Of a stretch of DNA of 64,000 bases, positions 1 to 14,289 are shown one piece after another (within the stretch, counting starts at the first letter, position 1; the number at the start of each line of letters is the position of its first letter). The notes below the pieces were generated by a model, which was not told the DNA's origin, did no database searches, and worked only from the letters and a program-made list of their open reading frames with translations. The stretch covers positions 54,560,001 through 54,624,000 of the forward strand of contig NC_086374.1 of NCBI RefSeq assembly GCF_036588685.1, read 5' to 3'. The DNA comes from Mytilus trossulus (Eukaryota). A program made the position numbers and the translations under genes.

Positions 1-35
1 ACTTTAAGTTTGGGGATTCTGATGTTATAACATAC

Positions 36-1843
36 TCTTGGTACATAGATGTTCATATATAGACAGTCTTCGTTATAGTTGTCAAACCCGGGTCTATGGA
101 AATTTATTTGGGCCCGTTGCTCCTGTGGGCATGCTGGTGGAAGATTTGTTGTGTCTAAAATGCGAGGACTCCATCTCAGAGGCTTCTGTGGTCTCTGTAA
201 ATAATGTATATTTTTATATTCAAATAATCTTGCCAGACATAGTACTCTCATCGTAAATAAAATAGTAAGATATCAAAATTTTCGTAATAAATATTTTTTA
301 GGGGGAAAAATAAGTAATTTAAAGCAATATCGTCTAGTTGATTTACCACAATAAGTAATTATGACAGCTGTTGATTTGAATGTTACGTTCTTTTTTTTCA
401 ACAAGTGAAAAATATACAGCTCGTATATTGATTGTGTAATAATTTACACATTGGTCTTATTCAAATATAAAAACAGAATGAATCAGATAGATATGTGCCT
501 TTCAAGCATCGTGTTATAAAAACAACTGTATCCCACAAGATTTAACTGCAATGATAGTATGTCATGCTGGTCCAATAAGTATTAAGGGGAAAATAAACAT
601 ATGTGATGCAAAAAGCATTCTTAAATTTTTTCACTTTAATCTTTTTTAATATTCCCAAATTGTTATGCCAAACTCAAGTGTTGAACACATCATTTGATGA
701 TCATATCTAACTAATGAAAATCGACTGCAAGTTTCCAAACCTGGTTCAGACATTTTCTTATGTAGAAATGGTGGATTTAACCGGGTTTTAAAGCTAGTTA
801 AATGTATCACTGGTATGACAGTCGCATAGAATTCCATTATATTGACAACAATATGTGAGCAAAACAAACAGACATAATAGGAAAAACCGAAACAAACATA
901 CTTATGTAAACTATGTCTTGTAGTTTTATTATTCTTACTGTGTCATTTTCTTAATTTCATGTATGCAATCAACGCCATTGGAGTATATTTTACATTTACT
1001 TACAATCAAAACGAATACACAGGAAATAATAATGATTCTTAATAAGATATTCACCTGTTTTTATCTACTTATGCAAACATGATATAATACATTCGACTAA
1101 CTCTTATTAACTATGTACTAGCTTATTGCCAATGCATTCAAGCGAGATACTATATTATGTGTATTTCCTATAAAATTCAAACATGTATGTTAAGGCAGAA
1201 TATGGATAAGACTCAACAACTTGTCAGACAAACGAATATTTAAAAAAAATGAACATCTATATCTAACATTCTTAATAACTGCGAACCAAGGGGAAATGCA
1301 GCATTTTCATTGGCATTGTGTGTACATCAATAAAATTTTCAGTACTTTTTCAGTTATTTACATTCCCTTCCCTTATTATTTTGTTTTGCATTAAGGATGC
1401 AAGCGGAACCCCTCTATTAAGAGAAATAAAGTGATTTTTTTAATTCTTCAAAAAAAGAAGTCATGGTATGATTCCCAATGTGACAACAATACAACAGTCT
1501 AAATGACGTAAATTTGCCTCTCTTTTGAACTATTTGAATTTTTCCGGGCTTTGTATTCTTGTTCGAAAATCAGGTTATATATCAAATTTATGCTCATATC
1601 TCAACTGGTCGGGTTAATTGGTGATACTGATCTTTTAACAATTAAATATTCCCCTACCTTGTAACGTAGATGACCCGTTGGAGGAGATGCATATGGAATA
1701 CCTAGATATTCCTCCACTTCTATATGCGGGACACGAAAAGTTATTTTTCCTCGGATTTTTCCATAACACGTTCTTCTTGTGCATGTAGGAGAACACTGAG
1801 ATGTACCCAAAACAAAAGCCAAAAAGATTAAAACCTTGGACAT
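36..1843 (-). CDS. Secreted carboxylesterase (type-B/cholinesterase-like) copy A, first two coding exons (1843-1658, 194-36); gene continues off the left edge
   Basis: Signal peptide MSKVLIFLAFVLG, YLGIPYASPPTGHLRY and EDCLYMNIYVP motifs; GT/AG sites in phase 0; near-identical to copy B exons 1-2. Confidence 0.9.
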
Positions 1844-1883
1844 TTTGTTCCTTGGTGATTTGTCCTGTAACTTCCAGATAAAC

Positions 1884-1910
1884 GACTGATGACAATAACA
1901 GTTACTTATA
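1884..1910 (-). promoter_or_regulatory. Candidate TATA + Inr core promoter of carboxylesterase A
   Basis: TATAAG then TCAGTC about 23 nt downstream, about 40 nt before the ATG; the same arrangement is conserved in copy B. Confidence 0.35.
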
Positions 1911-3947
1911 GTACATAATTATGCAGTTTTTAAATTTTAAAACAGCTAATTGTTTGTTGCAATTGTAACATGTGTAAAATTACAAGGGATTTTTTTTTAG
2001 GGCAACAGGTTTTATTTATTGACAAGTAGAAATGGAAATTATTTTTAAGAAGTTATATCCTTATGTAAACTAAAATGTATACAAGATTGAAGAGTACATC
2101 ATAAGATGTAGAAAGCATATTAAAGTAAAGCTTTATACGATAAGACGACTAAGAAAAAATTTCATAAACTCTTAAACATGTCGAAACAACAGGCAATCCC
2201 CGATCATTAGTCAAATGCCTACAGATCTCAAACCCGCTGGCAGAACTAAATTTAAGACTGGTAGAGCATTCTCAGCACCGACTGTTAATATAAAAGTTAT
2301 CAAATTCAGCTATATATAGGATGTTGTCAAGTTGAAAGGCTAATTCGGACAGAAGACAGAAAATTACAATAAAAAAAGATAATTTCTACAGATTCTCAAC
2401 GATATAAAATTATACATGAATACGAAAAGTAAAATGGTAAATATTTACAAAACATACAACTTGCACTCTAAGAGTACCATTGATGGGTTAAGTTGAGAAT
2501 CATACCGGAAAACAGGAAATACCCTTCTAAGACACTCCCTTTTAATGATTCAAAGCTATTCAGTAATGGAGTGTATTTCAATGTATGGTTTTCTGTAATG
2601 ATACGAGTTTTCTACATTTTCACGGTGGGTATGGTTGTCCTGCGAGAGAACGTACTGTGCTGGTTATTCGGTCCTGGCGGGTGCTGGTGATCAATGAAAA
2701 AATGTAAACAAAGACGAAAATGATGATTTTTGACGTTTTCACTAATAAAAAAATGAAGAAAACAGTTGAGATTTTTCAATTTTGTTTCTTATGGGTTCAT
2801 ATATAAACCATTGAAAAGTTGACCCTCTAAACTGTTTCAGTTAGCCTAACAAAAAAATGCTCATTTTCAGAAAATCTCAAACTGAAAAAATAAAACAAAA
2901 ATGCTCATATAGTCCGCTTTCTATACCACAATCCACACGACAAAACTATTTTGTAAAAAAACATTGCAATTTATAAAAATTTAGCATTTTCTCAATTTAC
3001 TCATGTCCTGATACTGTGCTGGTGGGTCCTGTCATTGTGCTGGTGTGTCCTGATACGGTGCTGGTGATTTTGGATTAGAAGTTGGTCATATTTGAACAAA
3101 TGTTACAAAATCAATAAAATTGGGCAGCTAATTGTTGTCAATAGGATCTATTACTCCTATTTAGCTCTTGTGTATCCATTTGGCTGTTTAATATGTGTTT
3201 TCAAACGATCGTAACTTGTAAAACATAATAACATAAAAGGGCAACATCTTTCGTCCAATATCAGAGAACAATATATAGTATCTAAAATAAGAATAGTTTT
3301 ATTAATATATTAAATGCCCCTTACATTGATGCCTCAACAATGATCAAAGCCCATGCCGCATAGACATGTTTGTCAGCACTCCGCAAACCCTCCCCACTTC
3401 CACCCAACCAACCCTCCTCATTTCCTCCTTCATTGTTACAGTGGTGTACCAACACAACAATTTATCACATTAAATAATTACACAAAGACACACATTATTG
3501 AACAACGAATGCTCGCAGGTACTGAAAGCTAGTTCAAAGCCGCATTTTCAACTAATAGATAAACCATGTTCTCATATACAAAAATCTCAATCGTGTCGAT
3601 TAAAAGTCTCAAAACTTAAGTTCACATTTTAATGTTTGATGAGCGGCAGAAATTTGAAAGTGTGCAGTGAATCTTGTGCTCACAACAGTTATTGTCATAA
3701 ATATGTTTACTTGAGACTTATAAAGGAATTAAGAAGGTACCAAGAAATGTTTTACAGTTCAATTTAATTATCATGAATGGAAGGTGAATGGAAACTGTGA
3801 GGGTCAAAATCTAAAATTGCTTATAAATTTTGCTGGACCCAGTTTCGTTATCTGATCTGAATTTTCTGAAATGTGCAAGGTGGAAAGACATTTTGATTTT
3901 TTTAACCCGGAAAGTTTTGCCCTAATTGCTTGAACTTTTGCAATATT

Positions 3948-4187
3948 AAAGCCGATTTCAATGAATGTGAAGACAAAGGGAATATCTTTGTTTATATTGC
4001 TTGATGAACAGAAAAGTCATTGTTAGGTAATGTAAACTACCCTACTTTAAGAGTATACTAATCCGACAAATGACACATCTTTCTGTCTGTAGGACCAGGC
4101 TACTTCGAAAGGAGGGTACGGTTTAGCTTACAAGCAAGCTAACCAAAGATATTATGTTTGCCTATATACTCGATGGAATCGGCTGTA
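3948..4187. mobile_element. Degenerate hairpin MITE, same family as 53084-54299
   Basis: Shared segments ctactttaagagta, aggctacttcgaaag, caagcaagctaac, aatcggctgta. Confidence 0.6.
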
Positions 4188-4540
4188 ACTAAAAACTCGA
4201 ATACATTTTAACAGACAGTGGTCATATTTGTTGATGAATATTGTTTTTCCTAGATTCACTCTTGAAAAATCATTTGGTAACATTTGATCAAGTAATTTCA
4301 GAAAAGATCTTTTTGTAATTGCGGACGCCAAGACAATACATGAACCTCACACGACCCCTCGACACAGGTGAGCTTATATATGATCTTATAGCGATTCAGG
4401 TTGATAACCATTTGAAATTAAGCCAGTTTTTGTGTGTGTGTAGATTTGTATTGTTTTAAACTGTTATGACCTTTTAAAGTTTAATGTAGGTGTTTAATCT
4501 AAGAATTTCTTTTTTAAACTCAATTGGTAGTATGAAGCTA

Positions 4541-4975
4541 TTGATTGATCGATTGTTGGTTGCTAAACGTCCAGTGGCAAATATTTCATGCATATTCAAG
4601 ACGAGAACATGTTCACAATAAATACAATAGGTAGGTCTTGTCATAAAAGAGGCCAATAGTCGTGGATATTTGGACTGCCACTGAAAAATGAGGATGTATT
4701 GGATAGGAACATAAATTTTGCCTTGTAGCAGGCCACCTACGGACCCATCAAAGAGTTGCTGCAAGGGTTATTAACGTGCAAAGAGCGTGTCGCTCTCTTT
4801 ACACGAGACATAGGATTTAACGTCCCCATTCTGACCGGACGCGACTGCGAACTTGATACATCCCGCACAGCCAAACGGACGCCCCACTTCGGCAAGCGTT
4901 TTACTGCCGGTCAGGAGAAGACCACGTGACCATATTTCTATTTCCCAGTAACCCTTGGGGAATTTTGAAAGGCAC
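4541..4975 (-). mobile_element. SINE-like retroposon nested in the Transib-like element
   Basis: GC-richer block ending (minus strand) in GGACGTTTAGCAACCAACAATCGATCAATCAA, an (AATC)n-type tail. Confidence 0.5.
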
Positions 4976-6191
4976 AATTAACAAAGCAAACTTTAGTTTC
5001 AAATACTTTTAAATAGATTTTTAAGGATAATGTACCCTTGCGTTGATCCAATGCTAAACATAACAAAAATCTTTTTACAAACGTCTGTGAATTTTCTACA
5101 AAAATAGTGATTTTCTTTTCACCAAATTCTCTTTTTCTACTAAAAACAGTAATGAACTATAAATATTAATGCTTTGCAAGAAGTTTCCCCTTGATATATG
5201 TACAAAATTATGTCTCTATTATTCATTGTCTGTGCTGTTTTGATACTTTTGCAGTTTGCACATTTCGTAATTGACAAGCCACAGAAGAGGTCATAAACCA
5301 TACACAAAAAGATAAAATATTGATCTGAGTACTTAATTTGCATCTCTGAACCCCCACCCCGGTTTGTTTTTTAAGAGGGTGTCTAAAAATGATCGATTAC
5401 AGACAGCCGAGTACGCATTTTACTTTCCAGGCGTGTTTACGTTGATTGTTACTGTCCCGAAAACGGATAGATGGATACAAAAATGTTTGATATATCTGGC
5501 TTTAGATTCGTTTTTTTAAAATATAAATTAAGGCTACATTTAAATATAATAATACTAAGAATTCACAATATAAAAAAATGCAAAAAAAAATGGACTACAG
5601 AGATGGTGTGTTTGACACACACAACTTAAAAGCTTAGTGATATTATCAATATTAAAATAAAAGTGTATTTTAGTTAGGTATTTTTTCCATTTACTCATTT
5701 TCAATTATAATTAAGGCACATTTGATTTTTATTCATAAAAATATTTAAATATAGTAAAGTAGGACACATTGTTCACTTCCTCCCCCGTAATTCTTTATCA
5801 AAAATATTTATTTATTTTGGAATTTTGAAATGAAAAAGCTAAGAAATCTTAGTTTTGTTTATAGTGGTCTCTAGGTTAATGAACGGCAATAAAACGACTG
5901 TTTTGTTGCTTAATTTTTCTTTGATGCGTCATAAGTACCATGCAAAGTATATTACAACAATATTATATTGCAAAAGTCGTGCAAGTTCGTTTAACGGAAT
6001 TGTCCTGACGCGGTGCTGGTGATAAGAAAAACTGTCCTGGTTCTGTGCTCCGATGTCCTGGTTTTGTGCCTTTTTATTTTAGTTAAAAGTGGCATATATT
6101 CAAGATCATTGATGCTGTACTGTTATTGACTAATTAACTGTTGCCTGCTTTCTTGAAATTGACATTGTTTTGAATCGGTTTACTGTTATTA

Positions 6192-6300
6192 TGCAAGATC
6201 ACCAAAATACGTTGTAATATATACAATACTTATAAAAAGTAGATGATGTGGTAAGTATGTAAGTATTGTATATATTACAACGTATTTTGGTGATCTTGCA
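6192..6300. repeat. Perfect 41-bp inverted repeat with a 27-nt loop
   Basis: 6192-6232 is the reverse complement of 6260-6300. Confidence 0.85.
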
Positions 6301-7074
6301 AAATGATCGTAATCCCGAAAATCGTAAACATATTTTCTTATCTTAAAAGGGGACAAGAAGGGTTCCATTAACAGGCCAATAATTAAGATTACAGTTAATT
6401 TAAAAAAAAAATTAAAAAAATGGGGTATTTTTTCTTGCATAATATACTTTGCATGGTACTTATGACGCATCAAAGAAAAATTAAGCAACAAAACAGTCGT
6501 TTTATTGCCGTTCTGATACAATGTAAACAAACCCACCAGCACAGAATCAGGACCCACCAGCACCCGTCAGGACCGAATCACCAGCACAGTACGTTCTCTC
6601 GCAAGATAACCATACCCACCGTAATTTTGAAAAGTTTAACTGTTGACTCATTCTTTCGACAATTTTACGAATGCCGATGCAAATAGAAATGTATTCCAAT
6701 TCTCATAACCACATTCCGTCCTCTTTACTTCGAATGTGATTTATCACTAATTTTGTACTTAATGAAAAGCACAAGGAGTGACACAAGTCTGCTTATCCTT
6801 CATAGTACCTGAGATCATGTCCTGTTTTGGAAGTCATCGTGTTGATCAGTCTTTAACTTTTTATGATGTATTTTTTTAGACTGGGATAAGTCTTTTCGTT
6901 GTTTTACGTGTTGTTTTACTTTTTTCGGTCTTCCCCGTCTATTTAGTAACTTAAGGATTTTCTTATCCCAGGAACAGATTACCTTAGTCGTATTTAGCAC
7001 ACCTTATCCAATTTTTTGGTCATCAATGCTTTTCAACTTTGTACTTGTTTGACTTTACAACTATTTTGATCTGA

Positions 7075-7118
7075 GCGTCACTGGTGAGTCTTATGTAGAC
7101 GAAACGCGCGTCTGGCGT
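7075..7118 (+). ncRNA. Type I minimal hammerhead ribozyme with a core mutation (CUGGUGA), in a retrozyme/Penelope-type repeat fragment (~6945-7150)
   Basis: GCGUCA-CUGGUGA-GUC..GAC-GAA-ACGCGCGU-C-UGGCGU; stems I and II and a palindromic stem III form, but conserved A6 is G. Confidence 0.7.
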
Positions 7119-9066
7119 ATTCAATTATTGTATTGGTACCTTTGATAACTAATAAACATTAACAAATATCCTTACTCAGTACTGGTTGTCAGTTTGCCTT
7201 CGACTTACAAGTTTGAATATTCTTTTGGTATCTTCTGCCTCGCTCTTGAAAAAAACTTGTTTATGGGATTTCCCTCTCCTCTCTACAAAAAGAGAGTTGT
7301 TGTTCCAACAGACAAGCCTTTAAATGTATTGTTCTGTATACAAAAATCATAACTGAATTGCCTCACAAAACATCTTTGACCCTTATCATAGATATACCTA
7401 TATCATTGACATTGTTTTTAAAGTAAATCTGAAATATATCCTTTTTAATGTAGAAAAACACGACACAAAACTTTCTTACTTTAGAATTGAGATCCAAAAC
7501 TTTCCAAACAGTCTTTTAAAAATCATATATAGCAGGCAGACCATATTTCTAAAAATGTTTTCTACAGTAAAAGGGGCCTTCACGAATATTGTAATGAATC
7601 ATTCTCAACCATCGATGTAACCTCGATTACTTTTTTAGGTGTTGAGAAAGATAAGAGACAAGGATATAGTTCAACATAGGTGTACGGTCTTCTTACCCTT
7701 TCGTAACACATGCAATCACCCTAGTTTTGTTATGGTCTGTGTCGCTGAGTCTTCATTAATTATAGTTTTTATGGTTTAGTTCGTTCAATGCTATCTCTTT
7801 TTTACGTTTTCTTTTTTTGCATTTACGTTGTCAGTTTGTTTTCGACTAATGAGTTGGAATATCCCTTTGATATATTGGGCATCTCTCATCTCTCTTCTCT
7901 CATGCATGTTTCTGTAGAAGAAACTTACCAACAATTCTTCTGAATTTGTTAGCTTGAAGTGTATTCATCAGTGACAGTGGCGCTCGAATCAAATAGCTCG
8001 AATGCCAAGTCAAATACGAAATTGAAGAGTATAAAAACAAAATATCATAAGCATTGTGCCAAATACAAATAAACCAATCTTTGCCTTGGGTAGAAAAACC
8101 TTAGTATTTGTAAATTTTGAAAACATTTTTTAAAAGATCGTACATGACGTTGGTGTATCTCTATTAATCAGTTTCAAATGTTGATGTTCACTTAATATAC
8201 TGACTTCATTGATATAACTGTTGTCCTTCTTCAAAAACTGCTTCAACAGGAAAACGACTAGATCAAAATTATAAAAGTTTTATGGTCATCATAATGAATT
8301 GGTTGATCTAAGCAATGTGTCTGTGTTTCAACTGATAAGAGATACGTGTCGCGGTCTTAGATCTGAATATATAAAGATATTCGACTGGTGTGTAATTAGC
8401 TGACTGTGACATGTTGCCCAAGTCTGGATTTCCATGGTGGTGATAAATGCAAATCAGCATTTGCTTGGTATATCTACGCTTATGGACTCATTCACTCCTT
8501 ATTGGAGTTTTATTGCAATTCCTACATTTTTGTTAACAATTATTTAACTGAGCTACGCAGTTCTATTGTTGCCTCATATTCAAAGTGACTGTAAAAATGT
8601 ACTCAAATACAACAAAATATTGATATTTTGTCATTGTAATGTTTCTTAAACCTTATATTAAAATCTATAAACTTGTTAAGAAATGATGTTTAAAAATGTT
8701 GATACATAAATATTTGTAATTGATTATACAAGGTGGAAGAGTGCATCATAAGATGTAGAAGGCACTTGAACGTAAAACTTTAAACGAGAATACGACTGAG
8801 AAAAAAATGAATTGGTTATACTCCATAAACTCTCGAAGATGTCGAAACAACAGGCAGTGACCAATAACCCGTCAAATGCCGTCAGATCTCAAACCCGACG
8901 ACAAAACTTAATGAAAGACTTGGAGAGCAATCTCAACACCTACTTCGAGTATGAAAGTAATCAAACTTAGATATATAGGGTGTTCTAAAGTTGAAAGGAT
9001 AACTCAGACGAAATTTTAAACTTCAGACGGAAAATAATAAAGGAAAGATTTAAGATTATATGTATA

Positions 9067-10061
9067 TGTTCCGGACCATATGAGTATTTGGACCATACGC
9101 GTATGGTCATGACCATATGCGTATACTCATATGGTCCGACCATACGCGTATGGTCCGACCGTACGCGTATGGTCGGACCATATGAGTATAATACTCGTTT
9201 GGTTATTAACGGGCCGGACCATATGAGTATTTGGACCATATAGGTATATATATTTTTTTCAAATTACATTATAAACGTTTCAATAATACAAAAACTTTAT
9301 CTAAAAAACAGTGATGGTTTAAAACATAACAATTTTTTTAATTTTATAATCCAAAAAACTACGTAAAAATTTAATATTGATGCCATAGTTAGTTTTCATC
9401 GCTAGTTAGATTCGTGCATATAGGTTTGGATGACACTCACTTCCACACGGTATCATAGCTTTTTTGCACGATCTTTTTCATTTACACATTTTGTTTGCGA
9501 GTGAAAAACAAGCCTTTTTTGCAGCTGCGTACAGTGATACCGAGGTCTTTGGCAATTCTGATGTCTACGGTGTTTTTAAGAAGCTCTAGATCTCAAATAT
9601 CGTAAAATGACTGCAATACACCATTTTCACAACACAACTTAAATAAACTAATAGTATACTACTTTCCAGTGACTTCTTATGTAACAGTTCATTAAGAAAT
9701 TTTTGGAATTTAATTTTTTAGTCGACATATTGCCATTCACTCGAAATAACAAATCGGTAATGACCATCGGTATAAAAGGTGTTTACTTTAAATTTGACAA
9801 TTAAGTAAAATTAACTATGTTAAACTTCTTATTTTTATTTAGCTTATCTTTTTATTATAATATAATGATAAAATTACCTATATGATAGCGTATTTTGAAT
9901 GAACGGTCATATACCATATGAAGTGTTTAGAAGTATTAAAAGTTAACTATAACAGAGTGTTAATTACCCCGACCATACGCGTATGGTCGAACCATATGAG
10001 TATATACCCATATGGTCATGACCATACGCGTATGGTCCAAATACTCATATGGTCCGGAACA
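9067..10061. mobile_element. MITE with TGT...ACA ends and TIRs built from palindromic units (Ginger-like)
   Basis: TGTTCCGGACCATATGAGTATTTGGACC...GGTCCAAATACTCATATGGTCCGGAACA; TATA on both flanks; flanks rejoin to match the uninterrupted paralogous block at ~2400-2470. Confidence 0.75.
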
Positions 10062-11769
10062 TATATAAGAAAAGGGAATTGGGAAAAATTTACAAAACAT
10101 AAAACTTGCACCTTTTAAAGACTTACATTGATGTGTTAAGTTGATTATCATGCCTGAAAACAGGTTACGTGCTATTAAGATTAATGATGTCACATCGAAC
10201 AGTTTTGACTAACCGGTTAATCGGATAAATGTTCGGTCGATAATCAGTTGACCGATATTTTAAGTTGTTGTTTGGAGACTTTATCTATAGTACCCTACAA
10301 ATGTCACTTTAAATAATACGATAAAATGATGTTTGTCCTTTGATAATTAATCGTACATGTTGTATGAATTTCTATAAATTGTATAAATTTCCCTTTGATT
10401 TTGATTTGTTTTGAATTGATTTTAAATCTTTTTTCGTCTATTGTTTTAAAAACAAATCAAAATAATACTCTTGAAATCATACAAATTCTTTGATGGAAAC
10501 TCATATAATTTATGGAAACTCACACAATTTATAGAAATTTATACAATTTATCGAACATCAATAAATATGTTAAACTTTTACTCAAACTTTATGTAGTTGA
10601 AACTAAACAAATTTATTTTTTATAGAACATGAATATATATGTTATACTCTCACTCAAATTTTGTGTAGTTTATTCTACGTCAGAAATATATTTACGCTTA
10701 GGAGCAATACCAGTTTAATGAGAACTTCACAAGCGACAACTATCCATGTTCTACTCTTTATTATAAAATAAAACCATGTTCAATCCACCATTTTCTACAT
10801 TAGAAAATGCCTGTACCAAGTTAGGAATACGAAATACGTTTGATGTGTTTGGACTTTTGATTTTGCCTTTTTATTTTTGATTTTCCTTTTTGAATTTTCC
10901 TCGGAGTTTAGTATTTTTGTGTTTTTACTTTTTTTATCAGCCAAAAATCAAACTCTTCTAGACATTTTTCAACGCCAATCATCAATCAGTCTTGACAATC
11001 CAAAAAGTTTCTTCTTTTGTGCAATGAAAAAACTCCAATTATACAATCTTCCATATATATGGAAACTTCAAAGCAATCTGCCTATCAAATCTAGATGGAA
11101 AACATTAGTAAACCTTAAAATGTTCAACTACTGGAATAATGCTCTTCAAACTGATACAGTCCAAAAGACATCACTTAAGTATCCAGCTATAAACTAACTG
11201 AAAAGCCGCATATCTCCTACACAACATTGCAACCCACAATTAAAGATGAAAGATGTTTGAAAAGGTATAATCAAAAGTAAGATGATGACACGAACATATA
11301 CCCTACAAGCTGTTCTGCCTAAATTCAGCATACCTGCACAGCATTAAGTGTGACAAGAAAATAAACTTTCAATTCAATCAAAACTTATATAACCAAATTC
11401 ATTGGAGAAATGAAAGAAAATCGAAAGAGAAATTTAAAGATAGACATAAAATCACAGTCCTTATAATGGATTGTACAAATTTCACACATATATTTAGTGA
11501 TAACAAGCTCATTATAGAAGAACTAGAAATGATCATAAGAGATGTGTGCTACAAGATGCATAAATCAAAACTTAATTGATAAGTTTGTAATGGCTGTTGA
11601 CAATTTTCACTCAACTTCAACAAAAGTGCAAACGCTGAAATGTCTCGCCTTCTTTGCTAACCACTGATAGTATGTTGATAGTCCTAAATATCAAGCTTAA
11701 CTACAACTATCAAATGCACTTTGTATGATTCAAGAAAATGAAGCCAGGATCATATAAACCAAACGAGAA

Positions 11770-12487
11770 ATACATGTATACCTTAAAATCATTCAATACA
11801 CAAAGTATAGTTGAACTATTGCTGATTGTTTCTAAGAAACAGAAATAACCAATATATGTACACTCTACAATCGTTCAATACACTAAGTATAGTTGAACTA
11901 GATCTTATAGTTTCTGAGAAACAGACTTAACCAACACAACTAACCATTGACCAATGAAATATAAAAATGAGGTCAATGTCAGATGAACCATGTCAGGCAG
12001 ACGTTTGTAGCTAACAATCCTTTTATACAACAAATATAGTTGACCTATTGATTATATTTTAAGAAAAACAGACTAAAACAAAAAAAACGTATCACTAAGC
12101 AATGAACCGTGAACATGAGGTAAAGGTCAAATTAAACCTGCGAGACTGACGTGTACATCATTAAATATTGCCATACACCAAATATAGTTGACATGTTGCA
12201 TAAAGTAATAGAAAAAAATCATAAAATAAACTTTGACCATTGAACCATGCAAATGAGGTCAAGTTCAGATGACACCTACCGTTTGAACATGTACACCTTA
12301 CATTCATTCCATACATCACATATAGTATATAGTATGTTTGACAGGCATAAGGACTTTGCAAGGTATGCGCATACCAAATATAGTTATCATTTCACTCAAC
12401 CGAGGGCAACGCATTTAACGCCGCCGCCGCCAGATCACTATCACTATGTCGAGTTTTTTGTCATCAAAGACGCAGGCTCAACAAAAA
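11770..12487. repeat. HINE/Helentron-type non-autonomous element with an internal degenerate tandem array
   Basis: Recurring aaatatagttga...aatgaggtcaa units, a (CCG)n tract and a terminal hairpin-like tail. Confidence 0.45.
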
Positions 12488-14289
12488 GTATATTACAAAG
12501 AAACAAGCAAAAATGTTCTTCGAGAGAAGATCCTTAACTAAGACAAAAAGGAGGAAATCGTCTGTCGACTACTTATTACAGGTATTGCTCTTTGATCATT
12601 ATAACCAGTTGTTCGCATTTTTGCCTCATGTCTTTAAAATCATAATAGATAGATATTATCTTTTAAACATAAGCAAAATAAGACCAGCAAGACAATATCT
12701 TCGATTAAGAAATTATGGAAAAAAATCGTCCTACAACTCCTGTTTGCCCTTTAATGACGATTTTGACCAATTTCTTTTTGTTTTGCCCTTCTATGATGAA
12801 AATTGTTATAAATAAATAAAAACTGGAATGCCAAAAAAAATCAGCATTGATATTCTACAAGCAAGTCAAATTTTAACAATACACTTCGTAGACTGTCACT
12901 CTTTATAGGAGTGATTGCCCTTAACTGATCTTTTTTTGTTGTTGAGCAAACCGTAAATCAAATAAAGATAAACTAAACAGACAAATACTATCAGCAATGC
13001 AAGATCATTAAAAAAGAGATTTTTGTCATGATTTCTATTGTTGTCTACAATGTTGAATAATGTCCTTTAAATATTAACATAGTTGAACAACACATCCTCT
13101 TTATAGCTTCTTGTTTATAATTGAGTTTTAACCTGACAAGCTAATATTTCTTAATATCAAAGTTTTGGTTATGTAGTTCTCAACATTCTGAACATTTCTG
13201 TAACTGTTAGATTTATCTATAGGGATTTTCAATGTAATAGACTTGAAATTACCCCTATATTCTTTTCTTTTGTCATGTCAGCTATGCTGGTTGGAAGTCC
13301 AGATCAACAGACATAATATTTAGACATGTTACAAAATGTATGGTTGTGGACAAATTTGGTTCAAAATTGGCCTAGTAGTTTCAGAGGAGAATATTTGGCA
13401 AAAGTTCACGACCAATATATGTCAAGTGTTGAAAATAGCTTACTTGCCATTTTGGTCCAGGTGAGCTAAACAATTAATTCATTTGGTTAAAATGGAATGT
13501 TTGATTATCAAAGGCTGGTATAACGGCACCAAATCAATTTAAAACTTCTTAATAAAGGCACTATAGGTCTGTATCATTTAATTATTGGAAAATTAGTATT
13601 CTTGGTGCAAAAAATAAAATTGAAACTATACTTACTTTAATAATTCAGGACAACACACAGGTAGCAAACCCATGTGAAGCTGTTATCCTAAAAGTCAAAG
13701 GTCAAACATACAAAGTGTAGAGTGACAACACTAAAAATGACATTAACTCCAATGAGTGTGATCACTTGCATGGAGACAGACCAAGCATTTGCTACGAATG
13801 CTATATTTTGTCGCACATTATTCTCACATCCAGCCTTATGTGTCAATGCCAAAAATAGCAATAACATAACAACGAAGTCTGTAGATATGATTGATTCATG
13901 ACAGAGTCACTTACACACACTAGCACCCATGCAATTCAGGAAATAAAACAGTAATTTCTTCCCAACAGCTTAGCTGGATTATTTTGTTTAGTAAAGAGAA
14001 TATATTCAGTAATTGTCAACATTTTTAAAAACTCTAATACCTTTTGAAATATATTGGCTGGCAGATAGTATATGGTATTTATTAAGAGCGGAAAGTTGAC
14101 AATAGGAAAACTGAAACTAATATTTGTAATCCTAAATTCTAGGTGTTTTGTCTACATCAGTCTCAAGAAAAAGATCTCATATCATCTCAGAATTTAAATT
14201 CTATGCTGGAAATATCAAGAGTGGTGCTGGGAATCTTTGCCAATGCTGGTGGTATGAAAACCCTTAAATAGGATAAGGTTATCCCTCGT

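Larger units (their letters stand above)
2621..6623. mobile_element. Non-autonomous Transib-like DNA transposon (~4.0 kb)
   Basis: ~70-bp TIRs CACGGTGGGTATGGTT...AACCATACCCACCGTA; 5-bp TSD ATTTT (2616-2620, 6624-6628); internal GTCCTG...GTGCTGGTG subrepeats; no transposase ORF. Confidence 0.7.

Noticed and set aside
646-14200. Many 60-120-aa ORFs in AT-rich intronic and intergenic DNA
   Set aside because: No recognisable domains; low-complexity or repeat-derived
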